Source: an uncultured Chloroflexia bacterium (GTDB lineage: Bacteria; Chloroflexota; Limnocylindria; Limnocylindrales; CSP1-4). From it: DNA of 64,000 nucleotides. The stretch spans positions 872,652 to 936,651 of the forward strand of contig CAWEYB010000001.1 in the NCBI GenBank assembly GCA_963813225.1. The letters run 5' to 3'. Positions within the stretch are counted from its first letter, which is position 1, and each line of letters begins with the position of its first letter. Both the position numbers and the translations under genes were made by a program. The notes beneath the pieces were generated by a model. The model saw nothing but the letters and a program-made list of their open reading frames with translations. It was not told the origin of the DNA and did not search any database. Positions 27,830 through 38,164 of the stretch are shown here, piece by piece.

Positions 27830-29563
27830 TCAGGACGAGCGCAGGCCGGGGATCTTGCTGGCGACGTTGTTGCGGAAGACCTCGCGGACGAAGTGGAGCC
27901 CGTTGCCATCGATCAGGGTTCGGCCGCCCACGCTCGACAGCGTGTGCAATCCATCGGGATATGGCGAGTCCCGCCGCGGCCCGATGGCCTTGACCGGCCG
28001 TTCGCTGAATGCCGTCGGCGTCAGCACGTCGACGCGGTTGACGATGATCCGGCCGCCGTAGCGACGGGAGTTGTCCTGGCCCGGTCTGTAGAGCGCGCCG
28101 CCGGCGATGAACGGCGTCCCGCCCGGTCGCGCCGAGCGCGCATCGGTCTTGACCGGGTTGGCGGCATGCGGGAGCCACGGACCGGTGAGCTCCGCCGCGT
28201 GCCAGATGAACAGGTTCTGGTTCGCACCGCGATCGGCCCGCGTCGCGAACATCCACCAGCGTCCCTCGTATTCGACGACGGTCGCGTCCGCGGCCGGAAC
28301 CCCGGGGAGCAGGGTGGCCGCCGGCCGCCACCGCCGCGGGAACTCGACCGCCTCGTACAGGACAAGCTCGCCCGACGCCGACGCTTCGGGAAGCATGAAG
28401 ATCCCGCCGGCGTCCTCGATCAGGAAGGGGTACGAGGCATGGACGCCCGGGTCGAGCACGGGTTCGGGGTCGGACGTCGACCCGTCCGGGCCGATGGCGA
28501 TGTGGCTGATCGCCCCGCGGCTCGTCCGCTGGTCGTAATCCTCGAACAGGATGTGCAGCACGCCGTCGCGCTCGATCCCGAACGGATCTGCCGCGAAGCG
28601 GCCAGGCCTGCTGGGCAGCCAGGCGACGGGCGCGTCGTCGCCATCGGTCAGCATCCGATCGATCGGCACGGGCACGATCCCGATGTTCCAGTCGACATGC
28701 CGGAAGAGGACGTTCGGCCACGCTCCGACGCGGCGACCCGCGGCGGCGACTTCGAGGAGCCGCCGCGGCGTGCGCGCCGCTCGCTCGGACCGGCTCGCGT
28801 GCAGCGCCCCAGCCCGATCGGCTGATCGCGGCTTGTCGCCCGATGCCGCACTCCCCGCTCGATCCGGATCCAAGCGCTCGTATGCAGCGAGCGCCGGCCA
28901 GTCCGCCGGATCCTGGAGCAGGCGTTCGAGCGGCCTGCCCGTCCACCACGAGACCGTCTGGAGCCATCCCTCGCGGACGATCGCTCCGGATGGCTCACTG
29001 ACGAGCGCGACCCTCGTCGTGCCCGGTCCTCGGACGTAGTCGATCAGAGCCGTACGTTCGGGATCCCGCGACAGGGTCGGGCCGTATCCGTATCGCCACA
29101 CCTCCGACGCCCACGGGACGGGTGTGCCGATGCCGTCGCCATCGGTCATCAGGTCCAGGACCACGTCGACGTGCTGCTCCCGTCCCGCGAGGTTCAGATC
29201 GGCGAGGTCTTCAGGTTCGGTCCCTGTCAGCGCTTCGGGGACGGCCACCGGGACCCGCGCCCCTGAGTCCTTTCCCGTCGATGACCGGTCGTCATCCGTC
29301 GACCCGCGCAGCCATCGGACGAGTCGGACGCCTGGCACCACGGCGAGCTCCTCGATGCAGCGTGCCTGCCATCCGACGATCGTCCGGTCCGTGGCAACGG
29401 CGACGAGCAGGCGATCCTCGGTCACCTGTCGTCCCCTGTCCTGATGCCTGATCGTCCGGCGTTCCATGGGCACACGCCCCGGACGGTAGTCGAGGCCGAC
29501 GGCGGTGTCCAGACGCTGCGGAGGGTGGTTCCAGACCGCGCCAGCTAGGCCGATCTCGGCCAT
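27830..29563 (-). CDS. two-domain protein: formyltransferase-like N-domain + GH43-like beta-propeller C-domain (first gene of the operon)
   Basis: 577 aa (alternative start ATG 29467). N-part: LLVAVATDRTIVGWQARCIEELA...VDVVLDL. C-part starts with WNIGIVPVPI and has repeated blade-like segments (VLHILFEDY, IFMLPEASA, WWMFATRAD, ALYRPGQDN). Domain calls are by eye only. Confidence 0.5.
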   Translation of the reverse strand: MAEIGLAGAVWNHPPQRLDTAVGLDYRPGRVPMERRTIRHQDRGRQVTEDRLLVAVATDRTIVGWQARCIEELAVVPGVRLVRWLRGSTDDDRSSTGKDSGARVPVAVPEALTGTEPEDLADLNLAGREQHVDVVLDLMTDGDGIGTPVPWASEVWRYGYGPTLSRDPERTALIDYVRGPGTTRVALVSEPSGAIVREGWLQTVSWWTGRPLERLLQDPADWPALAAYERLDPDRAGSAASGDKPRSADRAGALHASRSERAARTPRRLLEVAAAGRRVGAWPNVLFRHVDWNIGIVPVPIDRMLTDGDDAPVAWLPSRPGRFAADPFGIERDGVLHILFEDYDQRTSRGAISHIAIGPDGSTSDPEPVLDPGVHASYPFLIEDAGGIFMLPEASASGELVLYEAVEFPRRWRPAATLLPGVPAADATVVEYEGRWWMFATRADRGANQNLFIWHAAELTGPWLPHAANPVKTDARSARPGGTPFIAGGALYRPGQDNSRRYGGRIIVNRVDVLTPTAFSERPVKAIGPRRDSPYPDGLHTLSSVGGRTLIDGNGLHFVREVFRNNVASKIPGLRSS

Positions 29564-29797
29564 CCGCGGTGCCTGCGCGCACCTTGACGAACGTGGCTTG
29601 GTACTACGCGGCTAGCGGCGCGCCCTGTTTGGGCCATGGCGCCCCGAGGGGCCGGCCGGTAGGTTACCGAAGCCGGGATCCGGGGGCTCCAAGCAGATCC
29701 GGCGTCGTCCACGAAAAGGCACCCCCGTCGCGAGGCGGGTCCGCAAAGCCACGGCGCTCTCCGAGCGGGCCGGGCCACCGAATGGAGCAAGCATCGC

Positions 29798-31360
<1,563 letters not shown>

Positions 31361-31376
31361 CCGATGTGGGCCCGCG

Positions 31377-31405
31377 CCCGGCACGTTCCTCCCGGACGTG
31401 CCGGG
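31377..31405 (+). terminator. hairpin after the first beta-helix gene (candidate intrinsic terminator)
   Basis: Perfect 10-bp stem cccggcacgt / acgtgccggg with a 9-nt loop, 17 nt after the stop at 31360. Only a short tt follows. Confidence 0.5.
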
Positions 31406-31636
31406 TTCGACCAGCAAGCCCGGTCGCTGGGCGCTATCCTTCCGGGAGCGCCCACCTCAGAGCGTGCGGCGCTCAGGCGGTCCCCCCTTGACCGTCCCCC
31501 CACCGCCCTCGGACCCTGCGCGCCGGGTCCTGTGGGTCGTGACCTATCGCGGGCCGGCCGGGACTGGCCCCAAGGTTGACCGTTGCCGGCGCGATCCTTG
31601 GCGAAGCTGTGCTTCTGCCAAAGCGAGGTACCTGTC

Positions 31637-33187
31637 TTGTCCCATGCGATCAGCCGCTCCCGCCGGTCCTTCATGCCGATCGGCGTCGTCATCGCCGTCA
31701 TCTCGGCCCTGCTCGTCTTCGGCATCGCCTCGGTCGCATCGCCGAGCGATGCGCTGGGCGCGACCGTCTCGAAGACGGCAAAGTGCAACGCGAACCTGAG
31801 GACCAGCGCGTCGACACACGCGCGAGTGGCGACCCTGATCCCGCCCGGCACGAAGGTGTCGGTCGTCGCGACCGTCAGCGGCGCCAGCTATCGCACGGCA
31901 TGCGGCTCGTCCGTCTCGGCCAAGTCGTGGTACCGGATCTCGGCAATCAATGGCAAGAGCGTCAGCTCCCTGTACGGCGTCAGTTACCTCTACGGCGCAA
32001 CCAGCCTGTTCAAGGCGACGCCCTACACCAGGTATGCGACGTGCACGACCTATCTGAGGTCGAAGCCGTCGACGTCGTCGAGCGCCAGGCGCCAGATCGT
32101 CGCGAACACAAAGGTCCTCGTCGCGACGAAGGTGACCGGGGGTTCGTGGTCGAGGACCTGTGCCGGCAAGCCTGTCTCGGGTAGTTCCTGGTACCGCATC
32201 AGCACGATCAACGGGAAGTCCGTGAAGTCCCTCTACGGGGTTTCGTACCTCTACGCTCCGGCTGGCCTGTTCACGACCACCGCTTCCGTGACCCCGGCCG
32301 TGGCTCCCACCCCGACCCCCACCCCGACCCCCACCCCGCCGCCCGCTCAGGCCTCCACCGGAAACACCGTGACGGTCTCCTCGATCGCTGGGCTGCTGTC
32401 GGCGCTCGCCAATAACAACAACGGCACCATCATCGTCGCCAACGGGACGTACCACGTCAGCACGTCGTCGAGCGAGCATGCCGACGCCCTCTGGATCGGC
32501 TCGCAGTTCGCCGGTCGCACGCGTCCAGTCACTGTTCGTGCTGCGACCCGCGGTGGGGTGACCTTCGACGGCGGCGGCGTCTCCGGCTTCAGCTGTATCA
32601 GCTTCGAGGGGGGCGCCCATGACCAGACATGGGATGGCTTCAACTGCGCCCACGGTCGGGCCATGAGCACGGGGATCGTCACCTTCGGCGGGTATGCCGG
32701 GATGCCGGGGGCCCACCACATCACGATGCGGAACATCTCCATCCTGGCGAGCTGCACCGGTGGTTCGACGAGCGCGTCATCTCCGACGACTGACCATGCG
32801 TTCTACCTGTCGTGGGCGGCCGGCGGGGTGCATGACCTCCTGTTCGAAGACATCAATGTGAATGGCTCCGGTCACCTGTCGAGCGCGTTCCACTTCTTCC
32901 ACTCCAACACCGACAATCGGAATGCCTGGAACGTCACCGTCCGCCGCCTGACCGTCACCGGGACGGAGCAGGCCATCGTCCTGTGGGACCCGACCCTGCG
33001 GAATATCACGTTCGACACGGCCCGTATCTCCAACGCGCTCGACGTCGCCGTCCGCTACGAGACGGTCGGGTCGACGGGCATCCACCTCGACAACATCACG
33101 TCGACGGGATCCGGCAACTACGGTTTCTACAGCAGCCAGGGAAAGAACCCTGCCGGCGTGACGTTCTCGAACGACAGCTTCCACTGA
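31637..33187 (+). CDS. secreted protein: two tandem SH3b-like Cys-pair repeats + short PT linker + right-handed beta-helix domain (paralog of 29798..31360)
   Basis: TTG 31637 is preceded by GAGG and gives the signal peptide MSHAISRSRRSFMPIGVVIAVISALLVFGIASVASPSDALGA (listed ORF start 31583; ATG 31670 is an alternative). The C-domain shares [74 protein letters not shown] with its neighbour. Confidence 0.7.
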   Translation: MSHAISRSRRSFMPIGVVIAVISALLVFGIASVASPSDALGATVSKTAKCNANLRTSASTHARVATLIPPGTKVSVVATVSGASYRTACGSSVSAKSWYRISAINGKSVSSLYGVSYLYGATSLFKATPYTRYATCTTYLRSKPSTSSSARRQIVANTKVLVATKVTGGSWSRTCAGKPVSGSSWYRISTINGKSVKSLYGVSYLYAPAGLFTTTASVTPAVAPTPTPTPTPTPPPAQASTGNTVTVSSIAGLLSALANNNNGTIIVANGTYHVSTSSSEHADALWIGSQFAGRTRPVTVRAATRGGVTFDGGGVSGFSCISFEGGAHDQTWDGFNCAHGRAMSTGIVTFGGYAGMPGAHHITMRNISILASCTGGSTSASSPTTDHAFYLSWAAGGVHDLLFEDINVNGSGHLSSAFHFFHSNTDNRNAWNVTVRRLTVTGTEQAIVLWDPTLRNITFDTARISNALDVAVRYETVGSTGIHLDNITSTGSGNYGFYSSQGKNPAGVTFSNDSFH

Positions 33188-33200
33188 CGCCCCGCGGCGG

Positions 33201-34390
33201 TCATGACCGTCGCGGCCCGCCCGTCATCGACGCATATGCGTCGAGCAACCGTTCGGCGTTCGCGTCGACGTCGTGTTCGGCGAGGACGTGCGTTCGCAGC
33301 CTCGCCGCGGCGGCGGTCGCTGCTGACCGGTTCGCCTCGAACGCGACCAGCGCAGTCGGCGATCGCCTCCGAGGTGACGGCCGGCAGGATCGCGCCACGA
33401 TCCTCTCCGAGGAGGGCCGGGATCCCGCCCACCGCGCTGGCGATGACCGGCAGTCCGAGTGACCCGGCCTCGACCAGCACGGTCGGCAGCCCTTCCCGGT
33501 GGGACGGCAGGACCAGGACGTCGGCCGCCGACATGTAGCCCGCGACCTCGTCGTGGGGCCTGGCACCCAGGTACACCAGACAGCCGGTGGCACGCGACTC
33601 ATCCATGCCGTACCCCGACAGGGGCCCGTCGCCGACGAACAGCCCCGACGAAGCGGTCGCCCAGCGGGATGATCGCGTCGACCAGCTCGCGGACTCCCTT
33701 GGCGTCGAGGAGGTTGCCCACGAACAGCACCACGATCCGATCGTCGGTGAGGCTCAGCCTCTGACGCGCGTCGTCGCGTGTGATGGCGGAGGCGGCGAGC
33801 GCGCGATGATCCGAGCCGAGCGGCAGGACGAGCGGCGTGACGTCGGCGATCGTTTCGATGCGGGTGGCCAGGGCCGAGCTGACGGCGACGACGAGGCCCG
33901 CGGCGCGGATCGCGGTCCGTAGATCGGAGAGGCGCTCGGGATGGTGATCGGGCCACGTATTCAGGTCGCTCCCGTGGAATGTCAGCGCGAATGGGAGCCC
34001 GCTCCGGTCCGCCACCCGCCACGCCGCGAGCGCGGGGATGGCCGAGTGGCCGTGTACGAGTCGCGCCCCCGCCCAGGTCTGGCGAGCGCCCCACACCGAC
34101 CTCGCGATGAGGCGATCTGGCGACGCCCAGCCTGGCTCGCCGGGCAGGCCCAGATAGCGGGGACGGACGACCGCGACGTCTTCATCACGCATCGCGCTCG
34201 GCGCCTCCGCGTAGAGGCGCCAGCGGTCGCGCCAGCGCGACAACGGCCATGGCGTCCAGGGAGTCGGACTGGTGACCGTCAGGTCGAGGCCACGTCGCGC
34301 CAATGCCCGGGCCTGCGTTTGATAGAAGACACCGGTGACCGGCTGACGATCCCATGGATAGGCCGGGGTGATCCAGACGGCGTCAGTCAC
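33201..34390 (-). pseudogene. GT-B glycosyltransferase (GT4-like); two +1 frameshifts (about 33644 and 33354)
   Basis: GTG 34390 gives VTDAVWITPAYPWDRQPVTGVFYQTQARALARRG...VLFVGNLLDAKGV..., then LFVGDGPLSGYGM...VLVLPSHREGLPTVLVEAGSLGLPVIASAVGGIP (EX7E), then ALVAFEANRSAATAAAARLRTHV...DAYASM. Confidence 0.75.
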
Positions 34391-34406
34391 GCAGGAGCGT
34401 CGGTCT

Positions 34407-35867
34407 TCACGACAGGGATCGCCACCACGCTCCGGGCCGCTGGATGCCCGGCCCGGCCGGGATCGTGTCGGGCTGTTCGACCTCCGGCGTCGCGGACGGG
34501 TCGCTCGCGAGGGCCCTGCGCCGGAGATAGACCAGACCGGCTGCCAGTCCGATGACCAGCCAGACCTGTTTGCGGTTGCCCAGGATGTCGAGGAACAGCG
34601 CAAGGACGAGCAGCGACGCCAGCGCCGCCTGCACGGTCGCGCCCTCGGATCCCCACCCGCGCTGCAGGACGAGGGGCAGGACGAACAGGGCAAGGATCAG
34701 CACGCCGATCGGGCCGAGCTCGATCAAGGTCCCGACCACGAGGTTATGCGGGCCGACCCCCTGTTGTTCCGCGAACCCGAACGTCACGTCCCCCGTCTGC
34801 TGGATCGCATCCGATGTGTACGCGACGGGAAAGTTCGCGTACCCGACACCGAGCACCGGGGACGACCAGAAGATGGTGGCGCCGACCGACCAGATGTCGG
34901 TGCGCCCCGAGCCCCCGGTGCTGACGGCGTTCCCGGCGCGTTCCAACAGGAGGCTCGAGACACCCGGGATCTGGAGGGTCACGAGGCCGATGACGACCGC
35001 CATCGCGACCGCGGCGACCTGTTGGCGTAGCTGGAGTCGCGGCATGATGAAGACGAGGACGACGACCGCCATGCTCACCCACGCCCCGCGCGTCCCCGAA
35101 ACGACGATCCCGGCGGTCGTCAACAAGACGATCGACGCACCGACGATCCGCCGCCCGCCGTTCAGGACCTCGTACAGGCCGAAGACGAACGCCGGCAGGA
35201 GGACGCCGGCGAATTGAGCCGGGTTCTGGCCCTGGATGGCCGAGGCGCGCACATCGGCGTCGGGCCCGAGGGCGACGAAGGTCAGGATCCCGACGCATGC
35301 CGTTGCCGCTGCTGAGAGGCTGTAGACCCACAGGATCGGTCGCACGATCGTCGGTCGGTGGACGACGACATCGGCGATGAGCAGCGCGATCAGGAAGAGC
35401 TGGAGCAGCGTCGCAAGCTCCCCCCAAGAGGTGTTCGGGTCGTCCGCCCAACCGACGCTGGCGAGCGCCCAGATCAGGAACGCCCAGCCGGCCCGCGGCA
35501 TCGCACCGAGCTGCAGGCGGCCGAGGCGTGGCAGGCCGTACGTCACGGCGAACAGGACCCCGGCGAACTTGCTGACCGTTCCGAGCCCGTCGATGACCAC
35601 GACCTCCTCGATCGGGATCAAGGCGACGAATGCGACAAGGGCCAGCATCGGCCAGCGGAAGCAGACCATCGTGACCATCACGGCGACCGCCGCGCCAACG
35701 ACCGTCGGCATCAGGCTGAGCCGGGTTGCCTCCGCCACGAGGATGGCGAGGCCGGCGATGCCGATGATCGTCGCTAGCCAGGCGCGTCTCGGGCCGACAC
35801 CCAGGACCTCGCCGACGCGCGCGACGGAATCGGTCACGCGAACCCCCGCGTGTTCGGGTCGCGCCAA
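34407..35867 (-). CDS. wzy: O-antigen ligase/polymerase-family membrane protein (Wzy-like)
   Basis: 486 aa and about 10 predicted TM segments. A Wzy_C-like loop reads VVSGTRGAWVSMAVV...TGGSGRTDIW. Confidence 0.7.
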   Translation of the reverse strand: MARPEHAGVRVTDSVARVGEVLGVGPRRAWLATIIGIAGLAILVAEATRLSLMPTVVGAAVAVMVTMVCFRWPMLALVAFVALIPIEEVVVIDGLGTVSKFAGVLFAVTYGLPRLGRLQLGAMPRAGWAFLIWALASVGWADDPNTSWGELATLLQLFLIALLIADVVVHRPTIVRPILWVYSLSAAATACVGILTFVALGPDADVRASAIQGQNPAQFAGVLLPAFVFGLYEVLNGGRRIVGASIVLLTTAGIVVSGTRGAWVSMAVVVLVFIMPRLQLRQQVAAVAMAVVIGLVTLQIPGVSSLLLERAGNAVSTGGSGRTDIWSVGATIFWSSPVLGVGYANFPVAYTSDAIQQTGDVTFGFAEQQGVGPHNLVVGTLIELGPIGVLILALFVLPLVLQRGWGSEGATVQAALASLLVLALFLDILGNRKQVWLVIGLAAGLVYLRRRALASDPSATPEVEQPDTIPAGPGIQRPGAWWRSLS

Positions 35868-36029
35868 ATGGTCGGGATCGAGTCTGCCGCGAGCGATCCG
35901 TCGTTCTCCGACCCCGACCGGGACTGCCTGGTGACGCTCATGTCTGCTCCGGACTCGGGGAACTCGGCCGGCAGCATAGCGGATTGGTCGGCCCGTGCCC
36001 GTCGGGAGCTTCCGCGATCAACCATCCGC

Positions 36030-37376
36030 TCAGCTGCCACGCAGCGGGACCGTGATGAAGCGTCGCATGAGGCTGATCGACATGGCGACGATGAACCGGA
36101 TGTCACTCGTCCGTGGGATCCAGAAGTCCAGGACGCGCGCATCGGCGAGTCGGGCGGCGATCGTCGTGAACACGATCGACGAGATCGTGTACGAGATCAG
36201 CGAGGCGGCCGAGGCCCCCACGATCCCGAACCGTGGGATGAGGATGAGGTTCGCGATGATGTTGATGGCGAACGCGAAGATGTTGACGTACGACGTGATC
36301 GCCGGCATGCGGATCCCGGTGACATAGCCGTAGACGATCTTCGTCGTGCTGAGCGCGACCACCCCAGGCAGGAGGACGAAGAGCGCCGGGAGAGCTGGCT
36401 CATAGGCGGGCAGGAGGATCTTGATCATGGCGATGCTGACCGGAATGAGGGCCACGGCGACCACCGCGGTGATCAGCAGCGCGACGCGCGACACCATCGC
36501 CACCTGGCGATCGGAATCCTCTCGCAGCGAGCCCGCGACGTGCGGGAAGTACAGGGTCGCCACCGCATTCGGGAAGAAGAACACCAGCTCGGCGAGCCCG
36601 ACCGCCATGCTGTAGTAGCCAAGAGCCGCCGACGGGTCCGGGATCAGATAGGCGATCAGGTACACGTCGGCACGCGCGCTGAAGAACTGCGTGAGGCTGC
36701 CGGGGAAGAACGGCAGGCCATAACGGAAGAGCTCGCGGTACGAGACGCGCTGGGCGCCTTCCTTCGCCGCTGCCGTCACGCGCCACGCGCCGATCGCGAA
36801 GCCGACGGTCTGGATCAACGAGGCGATCAGGTAGACCGCGATCGCGTCAGTGACCGTCGGACCGATCCCCCCGAGGATGACGATGAGGAGAGCAGTCGTC
36901 ACGATCGGGTAGGCCATGTTCACGGCGGCGTACCAGCGCACCGCTTGCCGTCCCGTGACGATGCCGGAGGTGAATGTCGCGTTCAGGGCGAGCGGCAGGG
37001 CGAGAAACGCGAACAGGATCAGCTCGAGCGGGATCGCATGCAGGAAAGCCTCTCGGATCACTGGCAGGAAGACGATGAGACCGAGGAACGCTGCGACGGA
37101 CAGGGCCGCTGACAAGACGATCGCCTTGATCACGATCCCGACCGTCTGCCCGCGCGCCGCAAAGAAGCCGAATGCCTGGGGCAGTCCGAGCTGGATCAGG
37201 ACCATCGTCGTGGCCGGCAGGATGATCAGGATGTAGTAGTCGCCCTTTCCGGCGGGGCCGAGCAACCGGGCGAGCAGGATCCCGTTGACGATGCCGACGG
37301 CCGCCCCGAAGACCTGGGTGCCGAACAGGACGACGACCTTGCCGGAGAAGGTATCCGCGCGACTGGCTTCGCTCAT
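36030..37376 (-). CDS. wzx: polysaccharide/oligosaccharide flippase (MOP superfamily, Wzx-like)
   Basis: 448 aa and 12-14 hydrophobic segments. The N-terminus KVVVLFGTQVFGAAVGIVNGILLARLLGPAGKGDY is typical of polysaccharide biosynthesis (PST) proteins. Confidence 0.75.
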   Translation of the reverse strand: MSEASRADTFSGKVVVLFGTQVFGAAVGIVNGILLARLLGPAGKGDYYILIILPATTMVLIQLGLPQAFGFFAARGQTVGIVIKAIVLSAALSVAAFLGLIVFLPVIREAFLHAIPLELILFAFLALPLALNATFTSGIVTGRQAVRWYAAVNMAYPIVTTALLIVILGGIGPTVTDAIAVYLIASLIQTVGFAIGAWRVTAAAKEGAQRVSYRELFRYGLPFFPGSLTQFFSARADVYLIAYLIPDPSAALGYYSMAVGLAELVFFFPNAVATLYFPHVAGSLREDSDRQVAMVSRVALLITAVVAVALIPVSIAMIKILLPAYEPALPALFVLLPGVVALSTTKIVYGYVTGIRMPAITSYVNIFAFAINIIANLILIPRFGIVGASAASLISYTISSIVFTTIAARLADARVLDFWIPRTSDIRFIVAMSISLMRRFITVPLRGS

Positions 37377-37471
37377 GCGACCTCGCTGGGTAGATCTGTC
37401 GGACGGATCGGCGGCGGTCCCGGCCCGACCGACGTCGCGAGGATACGGGTGAATCGCCTAGCGGGTGGTGC

Positions 37472-38164
37472 TTAGGAGCGCCAGGACCACTCGACGCGAT
37501 ACGGCCGGCAGCCGATGACGTGCTTGAAGTCACGCATGCCTGGAGAAGCGCCGGAGAACATGTCGTACATGAACCAGGCTGGACGACCGGAGCTGCGTCG
37601 GTGCTCGATGAGGTCCTCGATGGTCCCCGAGATCAGCAGGTACATCACGCCCTGATCGAGGACATCGGCGTGACCGAGGAGCCGCTCGATGTAGGCCACC
37701 TCGCCGCACACGCGCAGGAACAGATAGGCCCGCAACGTTCCGCTCGCGTCGTTGACGCCGTACACATCGCCGAACTGTTCGACGTAGCGAAGCACCGTCG
37801 GCTTATCGAGATAGTCCGGGTGGATCGGCTGACCCTGGCGCTCCTCGGCTGATCGATTGACCGCCATCATCTCGTCGATCCGCTCAGTCGCGTTGATCCG
37901 CGTGAATGTGAACCCGGCTTCGGTGGCGTGTTTGACACGGCGTCGCAGCAGGCGGCTGGCCCGTCGTCTGTAGTCCTCGGAATGGTCGGGCAGCTCGGCC
38001 AGGGCGACGCCCCACTTCTTGTTCTGGATCACTTTCCAGCGGGCATGGCGCCGCGTGAAGAACTCGTAGCTCTCTCGACAGGATCCCTCGCCGGACATCT
38101 CGATCTTCACCACCGGGAGCCGACGCAGCTCGCGCGCTTCGGTGACGAGCTTGGGCAGCTTCAT
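37472..38164 (-). CDS. putative GNAT/FemAB-like acyltransferase
   Basis: 230 aa from ATG 38164, which overlaps the upstream GT4 stop (ATGA). It has a weak Acetyltransf_6-like pattern (AYLFLRVCGEVAYIERLLGH...GVMYLLISG). GC is visibly lower than in the flanks. Confidence 0.4.
   Translation of the reverse strand: MKLPKLVTEARELRRLPVVKIEMSGEGSCRESYEFFTRRHARWKVIQNKKWGVALAELPDHSEDYRRRASRLLRRRVKHATEAGFTFTRINATERIDEMMAVNRSAEERQGQPIHPDYLDKPTVLRYVEQFGDVYGVNDASGTLRAYLFLRVCGEVAYIERLLGHADVLDQGVMYLLISGTIEDLIEHRRSSGRPAWFMYDMFSGASPGMRDFKHVIGCRPYRVEWSWRS

Noticed and set aside
29564-29797. TTGACG at 29584-29589 as a -35 box for the first beta-helix gene
   Set aside because: No acceptable -10 element lies at 16-18 nt spacing, so the evidence is too weak for a promoter call.
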